This document shows, piece by piece, positions 1 to 9,380 of a stretch of DNA of 32,000 nt. The position numbers and the translations under genes were made by a program. The DNA comes from Nitratidesulfovibrio vulgaris str. Hildenborough. GTDB lineage: Bacteria > Desulfobacterota > Desulfovibrionia > Desulfovibrionales > Desulfovibrionaceae. Where the stretch lies: the NCBI RefSeq assembly GCF_000195755.1, contig NC_002937.3:1320001-1352000 (forward strand). Reading direction: 5' to 3'. The first letter of the stretch is position 1, and every line of letters begins with the position of its first letter. The notes beneath the pieces were generated by a model. That model made no database searches. It was not told where the DNA came from and saw only the letters and a program-made list of their open reading frames with translations.

Positions 1-270
<270 letters not shown>

Positions 271-319
271 CCGCAAAGGGCCGCACTCTCAGGGGGGGTG
301 CGGCCCCTCGCATGGAAGC

Positions 320-3046
320 ATGCCGATGCCGAGGAAGAACACTCCGGACATCCCGGGAACCGATTGCAAGAACGACGCCCGGAAGACACTGCGTGAAGGC
401 CGGTCCGCCCTAGCTGAAGGGCTGGCACAGGCGTCCTCCGATGCTCTTCCGTTCGAACACGCCTACAGCCGTCTGCTGGATACGTATTTCAGGCTGCGGC
501 TTGCAGAGTTGGGCACGGGGCATGACCGGGTGGCGCTGGTGGCTGTCGGGGGTTACGGGAGGCAAGAGCTTTGCCCCGCCTCGGACATCGACATCCTGGT
601 CCTTTGCAACCGTAGTATTCCACCGCAAGCCATCGACCTTGCGCAAGCACTCTTCCTGCCCCTGTGGGATGAGGGGTTCACCCTCGGGCATGGTTTCCGT
701 ACCGTAAGCGATTGCGTGAAGCTGGCTGCCCACGACCACAAGGTATTGGCAAGCCTCCTCGATGCCCGGCTTGTGGCCGGGAGTCCTGCGCTGCTGGAAG
801 ACATGGTCAGAAGGCTGGACGAGCGCGTGCTGCCACGGCGCAGCCACGCGTTTCTCTCATGGCTTGACACCGAACATGAACGCAGGCTGGCGGCCCATGG
901 CGATGGGACGGTGCTGCTTGAACCCAATCTGAAAGAGGGGTTGGGGGGCTTGCGTGATTATCACAGGATACTCTGGCTGGCGCGGATTCGCGGAAAGGCG
1001 GGTACGGTCGAGGAACTCATGGCGCAGGCCGGTTTCTCTTCCGGAGACGCCACCCTGTTGCGTCAGGCCGTGACTTTTCTGCATGGGGTGCGCAACAGGC
1101 TGCATCTGCTCTCTGGTCGCAAGAACGATACCCTGTTCCTCGACCTGCAACCGGGCATAGCGCAGACCATGGGCTTCCATGACGACGGCGGGTTGCTGGG
1201 AGTGGAGCGTTTTCTCGGCGCGCTGCATCGCTGCATGTCGGACATCAAGGGGCTATCTGATGCCTTCCGGGGGGTCCCGGGTGGCCCTGTGCTCCCGGTC
1301 AGCCCGTGCCCGGAAGTCGATGCGGGAGTCGTCATCGCCGGGGGGGCCGTGCACCTGTGCCTGCCTGATGGTGTCGAGGCGAGTCCCCGCCTGACCCTCG
1401 AGACGTTCGTCCGTGCAGCCGCATCTCCCTCCGGGCCGACGCCCCGACTCGACTGGAACACGAGGCGACGCATGGCGGCGGCCATCGCAGGCAGGGCATC
1501 TGAACTGTCCGGTGTGGAAGTGGGGCGTGCCCTCATCGCCATACTCACCTCGGCCAGGGCGTTCGACGTGCTGGAACAGATGGACGCCGTGGGGTTGCTC
1601 CCTGCCTTGTTGCCAGCCTACGGCGCTGCCCGTGACAGGGTGCAGTTCGATGGCTTTCATTCCTACCCTGCCGGTATGCATACCCTTTTCACCATACGGC
1701 AACTGGAGCAGCTCGCGACGAATGGCCCCGAACCCTTTGCGACCCTATGGCGTGAATGCCCCGAAGGCGCAGGTGGCGGTGCTGAACCGGGCAGGCTGTC
1801 GGTGTTGCTGGCGGCGTTGTTCCATGACCTCGGCAAGGGGCTCGAAGATGCTTCGCACCATGAGGAGAGCGGTGCAGGCATCGCCCGTGACGTGCTCTCC
1901 GCATGGGGACTTCCTGCACCGGTCGTGGACGATGTGACGTTTCTGGTCAGGGAACATCTGCTTCTCATGCGTACCGCGCAACGCCGCGACCTCAACGACG
2001 AGGCTGTCGTGGGACAGGTGGCGGGCATTGTCGGTGACCGGGCACGGCTTGAGCGTCTGCTTCTCCTTTCCTACGCGGATGCCAGCGCGACCGGCCCCAA
2101 GGCATGGAACAGGTGGGCCGCCAGCCTCCTTGACGAACTGCGCGGCAAGACCCTCAACATGTTGCGGGATGTCGAGGCGGGGGGCATTCATACCGCCGGA
2201 AGTGTGGGCGATGTGCTCGCACGTGTACGGACACTTGCGACGCACCAGCCGACGACGCCTCCCCTAGGTGAGGACATCGCCGCGGCGTTCTTGGCAGCCA
2301 TGCCGCCGCGTTATGTGGTGGCCAATGACCCTGAACGGATACTGCGGCATATGGAGATGGCCCGCCAGCTCAATCTCGATGTGGAAGAGGCTCGCAAGCG
2401 CCTCGAACCGGGCAGGGCCGAACGGGGGCTGGTGGTCATGGAAGGCCGACCTGTACACGGGGGGCGTGAAAGCGACCTGTGGGAGGTCACGATTCTGGCG
2501 CGCGACCAGCAGGGGCTGTTCGCTACGCTCGCTGGAGTGGTCGCCCTGCATGGCCTGAACGTCTACGCTGCCGACGCCTTCGTGTGGCGCGACGGGACAG
2601 CGCTCGACGTCTTCCACGTCACGGCTCCCCCCGACCCCCTGTATGCCCGTGAATTCTGGGGCAAGGTACGCAGCTCGGTGCAGTACGCCATGACAGGCAA
2701 ACTCGCCCTCGACTATCGCCTTGAAGAGGCACGCGCCAGCCGCATCCTCCCCGATGCCCTGCGCGAGGCGTTGCGGCGTCCGGCTGAAGTGAGGGTGGAC
2801 AACGGCCTCTCGGACTTCTATACCGTCATCGACGTCTTCGCACCGGATCGTCCGGCACTGCTCTATGACGTGGCGCGCACGCTGCAATCCCTGCATCTCG
2901 ACGTGCTGTTCGCCAAGGTGTCAACACTGGGAAATCGCACTGCAGATACCTTTTCCGTGCGGACGGCCCAGGGCCAGAAACTCACGGATGAGGAACATCT
3001 CGCAGAGGTGCGGGCCGCCCTGCTGCACGCGGTGGCTTCCCGATAG
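320..3046 (+). CDS. glnD: [Protein-PII] uridylyltransferase / uridylyl-removing enzyme GlnD
   Basis: About 908 aa. It has a nucleotidyltransferase motif (GGYGRQELCPASDIDILVL), an HD domain (LAALFHDLGKG...EHLLLMRTA) and two C-terminal ACT-like repeats (LWEVTILARDQQGLFATLAGV; YTVIDVFAPDRPALLYDVART). The ORF-track start at 155 lies inside the PII gene, so I chose ATG 320 (MPMPRK), the first in-frame ATG after the PII stop. ATG 326 is an alternative. Confidence 0.9.
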   Translation: MPMPRKNTPDIPGTDCKNDARKTLREGRSALAEGLAQASSDALPFEHAYSRLLDTYFRLRLAELGTGHDRVALVAVGGYGRQELCPASDIDILVLCNRSIPPQAIDLAQALFLPLWDEGFTLGHGFRTVSDCVKLAAHDHKVLASLLDARLVAGSPALLEDMVRRLDERVLPRRSHAFLSWLDTEHERRLAAHGDGTVLLEPNLKEGLGGLRDYHRILWLARIRGKAGTVEELMAQAGFSSGDATLLRQAVTFLHGVRNRLHLLSGRKNDTLFLDLQPGIAQTMGFHDDGGLLGVERFLGALHRCMSDIKGLSDAFRGVPGGPVLPVSPCPEVDAGVVIAGGAVHLCLPDGVEASPRLTLETFVRAAASPSGPTPRLDWNTRRRMAAAIAGRASELSGVEVGRALIAILTSARAFDVLEQMDAVGLLPALLPAYGAARDRVQFDGFHSYPAGMHTLFTIRQLEQLATNGPEPFATLWRECPEGAGGGAEPGRLSVLLAALFHDLGKGLEDASHHEESGAGIARDVLSAWGLPAPVVDDVTFLVREHLLLMRTAQRRDLNDEAVVGQVAGIVGDRARLERLLLLSYADASATGPKAWNRWAASLLDELRGKTLNMLRDVEAGGIHTAGSVGDVLARVRTLATHQPTTPPLGEDIAAAFLAAMPPRYVVANDPERILRHMEMARQLNLDVEEARKRLEPGRAERGLVVMEGRPVHGGRESDLWEVTILARDQQGLFATLAGVVALHGLNVYAADAFVWRDGTALDVFHVTAPPDPLYAREFWGKVRSSVQYAMTGKLALDYRLEEARASRILPDALREALRRPAEVRVDNGLSDFYTVIDVFAPDRPALLYDVARTLQSLHLDVLFAKVSTLGNRTADTFSVRTAQGQKLTDEEHLAEVRAALLHAVASR

Positions 3047-3104
3047 CTTTTCACGGTAGGCTCATGTCCTTATTGTGCGACGCCCACCCCCACGGGACGG
3101 GCGC

Positions 3105-3848
3105 ATGACTGAAACTGTGTCCTTCACCGCGGCCATCTTCGTGGCGGCCGGTTTTCTTCAGGGGTTCGCCGGGTTCGGCGCGGGACTGCTGGCGGTCCCG
3201 CTGCTGCTGCTCCGTTTCGATATCACGGTCGCTGTCCCGGTCTGCGTTCTGGCTTCCATCGTCCTCAACGCCCAGTTGTGTGTCAGCTACCGCGACGCCC
3301 TCTCGTGGGGCAGAATCATGCCTCTGCTACTGGGGAGCATCCCCGGTCTCATTCTCGGAAGCCTCGTGCTGGTCCATGCCCCGCCCGTGCTGACACGGTC
3401 TGTACTGGGCGGCATCCTTGTCGCGTATGGCCTCTGGGGGCTATGGGCGAAGAGTGCTACCGGCATGATGGGCTCACCCCGCCCCGTCTACGGGTATGCC
3501 GCAGGCATGGCTTCAGGGGCGATGGGGGCCGCGTTCAGTGCCAACGGGCCGGCAGCTATCGTATACGTATCACTCACCGATTGGCCCAAGAACACCATCA
3601 AGGGCACGCTCGCCGGTTACTTTCTGGCCAACAATGTCGCAACCCTCGCCGCAGAGGCGGCTTCGGGTCTGCTGACGTTACAGGTCGCCCTTGCAGGTAT
3701 GGTTGGGGCAGCCGGAATCGGTCTCGGCGGCTGGATGGGGGTGCGTGCGTGCTCCCGGCTGGGTGAACGTGACTACCGACGTGCCATGTTCGCGTTGTTG
3801 TTTCTCATGGGGGGCAACCTTCTCGTCGACGTGATGCGGCATGGATGA
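3105..3848 (+). CDS. TauE/SafE (TSUP, DUF81) family integral membrane anion-export protein
   Basis: About 247 aa and highly hydrophobic, with a glycine-rich TM pattern (AAGFLQGFAGFGAGLLAVPLLLL; GMASGAMGAAFSANGPA) typical of the TSUP/TauE family. ATG 3105 (MTETV) is preferred over the upstream GTG at 3075. Confidence 0.75.
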   Translation: MTETVSFTAAIFVAAGFLQGFAGFGAGLLAVPLLLLRFDITVAVPVCVLASIVLNAQLCVSYRDALSWGRIMPLLLGSIPGLILGSLVLVHAPPVLTRSVLGGILVAYGLWGLWAKSATGMMGSPRPVYGYAAGMASGAMGAAFSANGPAAIVYVSLTDWPKNTIKGTLAGYFLANNVATLAAEAASGLLTLQVALAGMVGAAGIGLGGWMGVRACSRLGERDYRRAMFALLFLMGGNLLVDVMRHG

Positions 3849-4230
3849 GCGTTTCGAACCTCGCAGGTGCACCCTGTTTCGCAATGTGCGTTGGGCCGTC
3901 GTCCTCTCCCATGCGCGGCGGTCGGGAAGGCTGTAGCGTAGTGCTTGCGCCATTCCGGTAGACACCCGCCAAGCCGCATCGTCAGAGTGCCGAGCCCCTG
4001 CCTGCTGTCTCCCTTCTGGAGTGTCTCGCCTACGAAACCGTTCTGTTCTTTCGCCCATTATCCTTCTGCGGCGCGAGAATGCCTCTGCGTCGGGCTTGCA
4101 GCGGGGCTGAACGGGGTCTGGATCACGCCTGCCGTGTGCCTCCACATCGTGTAGCCCCGGCAGGCGCTTGCGGTCTCCCGTTCCAATCACTATCCTGCGG
4201 CGATTCTCAGGATGGATGGCAAGGAGATGC

Positions 4231-4852
4231 TATGCCGGATTATCATGACAGGGTGAACATGCTCATCGGTGAGCATTGCAGCGTCGACGCGCTCAATGCC
4301 CGTCTGCAAGGTGAGGGCGACGCAATATCGATCATGGATGACTTCTCCGGTGTTCCGGATATGGAACGCTGGAAGTCTTTTTGCGATGCATGGAACAGGG
4401 AATGCTTCGACAGGGCAGGTGTGCGCCGTGAAATCACCTGTACGCGCTTCGGGGCCGGGCATCGCGCAGCACTGCATCTCTATTCCGCCGATAAGGCCCA
4501 TCTTTTTTTCGGCTGGCTTGCTTCGTTTCGCACGGCTGTAGTTCGTGGCGATACGGATATGGCTTCACAGTATGCTTCCTATCGCGGACTTGGTCTGGTC
4601 GGTGCGGGGCCGTTTCTCTTTTCATTGTTGCTGTATCTGCACGCCCCCGAGTGCTATTTCCCGTATAGGCGGTCTTACGCACTGGCATTGGCGACCATCA
4701 TGGGCGAGGAGGCGGAATCGCTGACACCTTTCTCGCCGGAATCATACGCATTATACTGTAAGGGATGCTCCGCATTCCGAGAGACATTCAACGTGCTTCC
4801 GCAGGAAGTCGACTTTTTGCTGCGAGAGTTGGCGCGTGAGGGAACCGCATAG
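4231..4852 (+). CDS. Hypothetical protein (orphan, low GC; no family recognised)
   Basis: ATG 4231 is preceded by AAGGAG at 4220-4225 with a 5-nt spacer. The 206-aa ORF (MPDYHDRVNMLIGEH...) has one hydrophobic stretch (GLGLVGAGPFLFSLLLYLHAP). Hand counts on four 60-nt lines gave about 47-58% G+C, against clearly higher values in flanking genes. Confidence 0.55.
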
Positions 4853-5114
4853 GTTCAAGAGTCGATATGATGGTGTTGCGCGGAACGTGAGGACTATTGC
4901 ATAGCTGCCAAGGCGGTGAGGACTCATCCGTAGGGCAGGGCCGCTACCCACGTGAGATTCTGCCGTCTGGGAGAGATGCTCGGGCAAGGGCCAGATTCTT
5001 GCTCTAGGTGCACGAGGCCCCTTCGCGGCAACACGACCGGTTTCCGGCACTGCCGCACGTCGGGGATTCCGTCCCGATGCGTGACCGGTTCGCAGGAAAG
5101 TGCCTGGAAAGACT

Positions 5115-5147
5115 GACGGGGAGATGGTCGTGGACCATCTCCCCGTC
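5115..5147. terminator. Perfect 15-bp stem / 3-nt loop hairpin in a convergent intergenic region; possible bidirectional terminator
   Basis: GACGGGGAGATGGTC (5115-5129), loop GTG, then GACCATCTCCCCGTC (5133-5147). T-rich sequence follows on the + strand (TTGCTTGTGCCTTT) and AGTCTTTCC follows on the - strand. It lies 85 nt downstream of the ABC ATPase stop. Confidence 0.45.
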
Positions 5148-5231
5148 TTGCTTGTGCCTTTGAGGTGCCGTTGTTCGGCCGGTTAGCATGGGATGCGCGG
5201 CAGCGATGCAGCGACAGTCCCGTGCGACCCT

Positions 5232-5975
5232 TTAGAGAATCTGTTGCAGGAACTTCTGAAGGCGCGGATGTTCCGGCGCCTCGAAGAAGTGCTGCGGTGT
5301 GCCCTGTTCGAGAATCTGCCCGTGGTCCATGAAGATGATGCGGTCTGCGACTTCGCGCGCGAAGCCCATCTCGTGAGTCACGCACACCATGGTCATGCCT
5401 TCCTTGGCAAGGGTCACCATGACATCAAGCACTTCTCCGATCATTTCGGGGTCGAGCGCCGACGTCGGTTCGTCGAAGAGCATGATCTTGGGGTTCATGG
5501 CGAGAGCGCGGGCTATGGCGACACGTTGCTGCTGACCGCCGGACAGCATGGCGGGGTAGACATTGGCCTTGTCGCTGATGCCCACCTTCTTGAGCAGGTC
5601 GAGTGCTCTTGATTCCGCTTCGTCCCGGGGAACCTTACGCAGGCGCATGGGCGCCATGGTGAGGTTCTGGAGCACCGTCTTGTGGGGGAAGAGGTTGAAG
5701 CTCTGGAACACCATGCCGAGATCCTGCCGGATGACGTTGATGTCGCTGTCCTCGGCCCGGATGTCCTTGCCGTCGACGATGATGCTGCCCTTGTCGACGT
5801 TCTCGAGACGGTTGATGGAGCGCAGCAGGGTCGACTTACCTGAACCGCTGGGGCCGATGATGACGACCTTCTCACCGGCCTGCACATCGAGACTCACATC
5901 ATGGAGGGCCGTGAGCTCACCGAAGAACTTCCAGACGTTGCGGATGCTGATGATGGGTTCGTTAGCGGCGGTCAT
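5232..5975 (-). CDS. Polar amino-acid ABC transporter, ATP-binding protein (GlnQ/HisP-like)
   Basis: 247 aa. Motifs seen: Walker [11 protein letters not shown]-loop, ABC signature [15 protein letters not shown], Walker [12 protein letters not shown] and H-loop VTHEM. The start overlaps the permease stop by 14 nt. Confidence 0.93.
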   Translation of the reverse strand: MTAANEPIISIRNVWKFFGELTALHDVSLDVQAGEKVVIIGPSGSGKSTLLRSINRLENVDKGSIIVDGKDIRAEDSDINVIRQDLGMVFQSFNLFPHKTVLQNLTMAPMRLRKVPRDEAESRALDLLKKVGISDKANVYPAMLSGGQQQRVAIARALAMNPKIMLFDEPTSALDPEMIGEVLDVMVTLAKEGMTMVCVTHEMGFAREVADRIIFMDHGQILEQGTPQHFFEAPEHPRLQKFLQQIL

Positions 5976-6750
5976 AGTAGTTCAGTCTCGCTTCCATGAT
6001 GCTGACGCCCTTGGAAAGAAGCAGGGTGATGAGCAGATACACGAGCGCGATCATGGTGTAGGTTTCGAAATACTGGAAGCTCTCGGAGGCGAATTCGCGG
6101 CCACGGCGCAAGATGTCGGCGACGGCGATGATGGAGACAAGGGATGTGTCTTTCAGCATGGCGATGAATTCGTTGCCGACAGGGGGCAGGATGGTGCGCC
6201 ACGCCTGCGGCAGAACAACGAGGAACATCGTCTCGACGCGGTTGAAGCCGAGCGAACGGGCGGCCTCGGTCTGTCCCTTGGGGATGGCTTCGATACCCGC
6301 GCGGAACACTTCACCCATGTACGCGCCATAGCACACGCTGAGGGCGATGATGGCGGCGAGCATGTCCGGGACCTTCAGGAAGCGTCCCAGTGCGTAGTAG
6401 ATGTAGAAGAGTTGCACCAGCAGCGGAATGCCGCGCACCACTTCCACATACGTTGAAGCCACGAGGTTGATGCCCCGGTTGCGCGACAACCTCCCCAGAC
6501 CGGTGATGAGGCCGATGGGGATGGAGCAGATGATGGAGAAGACCGTCACCTGAAAGGTGACGAGGATGCCGTCCGGCAGGAACTGCAGAAGGCGCCAGTA
6601 GGGGTCGGGTTGCGAGGCGCAAAGATAGATGAGGGTACCGATGGCGGCAAGGAACGAGAGCGACCATGCTGTGATCAGTCGTCGTTCTTTCGGGTCGGGG
6701 ATGGAGGCGCCGTCGGTGATCTCTATGCGCACATTCTGATGTTCGGACAT
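5962..6750 (-). CDS. Polar amino-acid ABC transporter permease (His/Glu/Gln/Arg/opine family)
   Basis: 262 aa, multi-TM, with an EAA-type loop ([19 protein letters not shown]) typical of HisM/GlnP-type permeases. Confidence 0.9.
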   Translation of the reverse strand: MSEHQNVRIEITDGASIPDPKERRLITAWSLSFLAAIGTLIYLCASQPDPYWRLLQFLPDGILVTFQVTVFSIICSIPIGLITGLGRLSRNRGINLVASTYVEVVRGIPLLVQLFYIYYALGRFLKVPDMLAAIIALSVCYGAYMGEVFRAGIEAIPKGQTEAARSLGFNRVETMFLVVLPQAWRTILPPVGNEFIAMLKDTSLVSIIAVADILRRGREFASESFQYFETYTMIALVYLLITLLLSKGVSIMEARLNYYDRR

Positions 6751-6781
6751 GGCAGTGGTGATGTTGACGTTGGCAAAAGCA

Positions 6782-6809
6782 GGGGACTGGCGGCATTCCG
6801 CCAGTCCCC
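6782..6809 (-). terminator. Intercistronic 12-bp stem hairpin between the binding-protein and permease genes (partial terminator or mRNA stabiliser)
   Basis: GGGGACTGGCGG (6782-6793), loop CATT, then CCGCCAGTCCCC (6798-6809). Read on the minus strand the hairpin is followed by GCTTTTGCC. It sits in the 88-nt gap between the stop at 6839 and the start at 6750. Confidence 0.5.
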
Positions 6810-6838
6810 GTCATATGCGGTAGGCTTTGGGGAAACGG

Positions 6839-7579
6839 CTACCTGCCGATCCACTTGGCGCGCAGCTGCGCGTCGATACCCTTGGCCTTGACGGCTTCGA
6901 TGCCCTTGTTGATGAGGTCGACGAGTTCCTTGTTGCCCTGCTTGACGGCGATACCATAGTACTCGCTCTCGGGCGTGTCGACGATGAAGGCGATCTTCAG
7001 CTTCTTGGCGTATTCTTCCTGCTGGAGAGCGTAGTTGGCGGCAACGGGGTCGTCGCACACCACGCCGTCGATGCGGCCGTTGAAGAGGTCTTCCATGGCG
7101 AGGCCGATCTCGTCGTACGACTTGGCAGTGACGCCAGCAGTGCGCTTGATGGCGAAGTGGCCGGTGGTGCTGATCTGGGCGCCGAGGGTCTTGCCCTTCA
7201 TGTCTTCGAGGGTCTTGGCTTCGGTGGTCTTGGGAACCACGAGCGCCTGCTTGACGTCGAAGTAGGGCATGGTGAAGTCCATGGCCTTCTTGCGTTCTTC
7301 AGTGATGGTCACCGAAGAGGCGATGGCGTCGTACTTGCCAGCGGCGAGACCGGCGAAGATGCCGTCCCACGCCACGTTCTTGTGCACGACCTTGAAGCCG
7401 GCTTCCTTGGCGATGGCGTCGACGTAGTCGACGGCAAGGCCGACAATCTGCTTGTTGGCGTCGACGAATTCCATGGGCGGCCAGGTGGCGTCATGGGCGA
7501 AGACGACGGTGCGCTCTGCGAAGGCGACGTTGGTCGAGAGCAGCAGCGCGGCGACGGTGAGCAGGACTTTCTGCAGCAT
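6839..7579 (-). CDS. Periplasmic polar amino-acid ABC transporter substrate-binding protein
   Basis: Start ATG 7579 (MLQKVLLTVAALLLSTNVAFA, a signal peptide) is preceded by GAGGAG. The mature region (VFAHDATWPPMEF...GYDAIASSVTITEERKK..DFT.PYF) matches family-3 solute-binding proteins. The ORF-track start at 7792 is a spurious extension that overlaps the upstream gene. Confidence 0.9.
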   Translation of the reverse strand: MLQKVLLTVAALLLSTNVAFAERTVVFAHDATWPPMEFVDANKQIVGLAVDYVDAIAKEAGFKVVHKNVAWDGIFAGLAAGKYDAIASSVTITEERKKAMDFTMPYFDVKQALVVPKTTEAKTLEDMKGKTLGAQISTTGHFAIKRTAGVTAKSYDEIGLAMEDLFNGRIDGVVCDDPVAANYALQQEEYAKKLKIAFIVDTPESEYYGIAVKQGNKELVDLINKGIEAVKAKGIDAQLRAKWIGR

Positions 7580-7710
7580 CCTCAGGCACTCCTCATAAGT
7601 TGATGGTGAAGCAACGGATGAACCCTTGTCTTGGGGGTAAGTGAGCAAATTGTCAAGAAAAGAGTGCCGTGCTGCCATCTTGGCGCAGGCCGATTCACAA
7701 CTGTGTAACA

Positions 7711-8313
7711 TCACCACGAAAAGATGACCGAAATCAGCAGCGGTACAGCCACGGTGAGCACCATACCGCTGAACACGGCCACGATACCGCACCGTTCGCC
7801 AGCGTATCTTGCAATGACGGGGAGGCAGGTGTCCATGGCGGTGGCCCCCCCCGCGGCAACCGGCGCCAGTCCGCCGAAAGCACGAACCAGCAGCGGTGTG
7901 GCGAGCAGCGTCGTCAGTTCGCGGGTGATGTTGGCAAGCAGCGCCACGGACCCGAGTGCCGCGTCACCCATGCGCGTGATCATGATGCTTGAAAGACTGT
8001 AGTAGCCGAAACCGGCACCGACCCCCAGCACATCGCGCAGGGGCATGTCTCCAAGTGCAAGCCACGCCATGGCAGCCCCGCCGAATGTGCCTGCCATCAC
8101 CGCCAGCGGCACGAGTGCCACCTTGATGTGCAATTCGCGCAGGATGCGCCATGAGCGGGTGTCGAAACCTATGCCCATGCCCACCACGAACAGCAGCAGG
8201 TACAGTGCCCATGAGGCAAGGTCACCTCTGGCGATGGCATCGGGCACGATATCAAGGCGTCCGACGAGTACCCCGGCAAGGAAGAAGCACAGGATGATGC
8301 AGCTACCCTTCAT
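7711..8313 (-). CDS. LysO-family (DUF340/YbjE-like) exporter, large subunit
   Basis: 200 aa, about 6 TM segments (MKGSCIILCFFLAGVLVG...GMGIGFD...ATAMDTCLPVIA), resembling the C-terminal two thirds of YbjE/LysO. It overlaps the upstream small LysO-like gene by 11 nt. Confidence 0.75.
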   Translation of the reverse strand: MKGSCIILCFFLAGVLVGRLDIVPDAIARGDLASWALYLLLFVVGMGIGFDTRSWRILRELHIKVALVPLAVMAGTFGGAAMAWLALGDMPLRDVLGVGAGFGYYSLSSIMITRMGDAALGSVALLANITRELTTLLATPLLVRAFGGLAPVAAGGATAMDTCLPVIARYAGERCGIVAVFSGMVLTVAVPLLISVIFSW

Positions 8314-8710
8314 GGGAATGCTCCACCGGCGTCTTGCCGCCCTGTGCAGTTGGCTTCAGGTTGACGGCGCTGTCGTTGGGGCCATTCCCTCCGTGGGAGG
8401 AAGGCTGACGGGTTGCCTCGTCTCCTGCCCCTGCCCCGAACACGTCGGCGGGCAGAAGCCTTTGCAGTGCCCATGCGGCGAAGACGCTGCCCATGAGCGA
8501 GCACAGGCTGATCACCACGGCGCGCATGCCGAGGTCTCCTGCACGGCTGATGAGTTCGTCGTCCGACCCCAGTGAAAGCCCTAGAAGAAAGAGCAGGGCA
8601 TAGATCGACCAGCTTGTGAGCCTGTCCACGCAGCGCAGGGCCGCCTGTCTATGGCGCAGGGCGAATCCCAGAGGGATGCCCACGGCAATGCACGAGATTT
8701 CCGTTATCAT
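8303..8710 (-). CDS. LysO-family (DUF340) exporter, small subunit with a low-complexity C-terminal tail
   Basis: 135 aa. The N-terminal roughly 90 aa are TM-rich (IAVGIPLGFAL...IYALLFLLGLSLG...VVISLCSLMGSVFAAWA), like the N-terminal part of YbjE. The last 45-50 aa are hydrophilic and Gly/Pro/Ser-rich. Confidence 0.65.
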   Translation of the reverse strand: MITEISCIAVGIPLGFALRHRQAALRCVDRLTSWSIYALLFLLGLSLGSDDELISRAGDLGMRAVVISLCSLMGSVFAAWALQRLLPADVFGAGAGDEATRQPSSHGGNGPNDSAVNLKPTAQGGKTPVEHSHEG

Positions 8711-8733
8711 GGCAGATGGTTCCGGCTAGAGGT

Positions 8734-8752
8734 GAAGCTACCGGGTAGCTTC
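8734..8752. promoter_or_regulatory. Perfect 9-1-9 palindrome (candidate operator) in the divergent lysO/cupin intergenic region
   Basis: GAAGCTACC G GGTAGCTTC, located 24-42 nt upstream of the small LysO-like start codon at 8710. Confidence 0.35.
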
Positions 8753-9015
8753 TGGCGGTGGATGTGTCAATTGCCGTGCCGCAGCCAAGCCTTGATGTCG
8801 GCGGATTCTACTGGACTCGCCAGCATAATGCGGGCGTATGGTAAAACTGTCGCCATCATTGTGCGGGTGTGATGCGCGTCACGTCCTGTTCTGCTGCCAC
8901 TGCCTATAGTCATGAAGCAAGAGGCTGCATGAATGGGTTCTTCCATCCCCGGCAGCGTCAGGTAGCGCATCGTGCCGGGGCAACCCTCACCCGAGATCGA
9001 AACAAGGAGCAGGTC

Positions 9016-9333
9016 ATGAAGCTCATCAGCAGGGAAGACTACACGACATTCAAGGACGGCGGTTTTCGTATGGATGTCATCAGCGACACCGAGAACGCCA
9101 AGATTCTCAACTGCAACATCCGCGCAGGTGCGGAATTGCCCGTGCACAGCCATGACATCGAAGGTGAGCTTTGCATCACCATCCTCGCAGGCGAGGGACT
9201 GTTCCTCGGTGCGAACGGGGCTGAACTTCCGGCGCGTGCCGGCGACATGCTCATCAGCGAGATTCGCGAGCCTCATGGGCTGCGGGCTGTGTCAGACCTC
9301 CGCGCCATTGTGGTCATCACTCCCCCCATCTAG
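9016..9333 (+). CDS. Cupin-domain protein (small, single domain)
   Basis: ATG 9016 is preceded by AAGGAG at 9004-9009. The 105-aa protein has cupin motifs (AGAELPVHSHDIEGELCITILAGEG...GDMLISEIREPHGL). The upstream part of the ORF-track entry (from 8869) lacks an RBS and looks non-coding. Confidence 0.75.
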   Translation: MKLISREDYTTFKDGGFRMDVISDTENAKILNCNIRAGAELPVHSHDIEGELCITILAGEGLFLGANGAELPARAGDMLISEIREPHGLRAVSDLRAIVVITPPI

Positions 9334-9380
9334 CGGGGCGGGAAGGGAGTCCAGACTCCCTTATGCGAGACATGAGATAG

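Noticed and set aside
4887-4924. 9-bp direct repeat GTGAGGACT (4887-4895 and 4916-4924) downstream of the orphan ORF
   Set aside because: It is short enough to occur by chance. There is no associated inverted repeat, no plausible target-site duplication and no mobile-element gene nearby. It is noted only as context for the low-GC islet.
5563-6456. 297-aa + strand ORF, together with 6827-7603 (+, 258 aa), 9396-10265 (+, 289 aa) and 21856-22680 (+, 274 aa)
   Set aside because: Each is antisense to a motif-supported gene: ABC ATPase/permease, binding protein, mlaA and GT9 respectively. Each has shadow-frame composition.
8869-9015. Upstream extension of the cupin ORF (MMRVTSCSAATAYSHEARG...)
   Set aside because: It has no RBS and an atypical composition. 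A strong AAGGAG-ATG start at 9016 yields a normal single-domain cupin.
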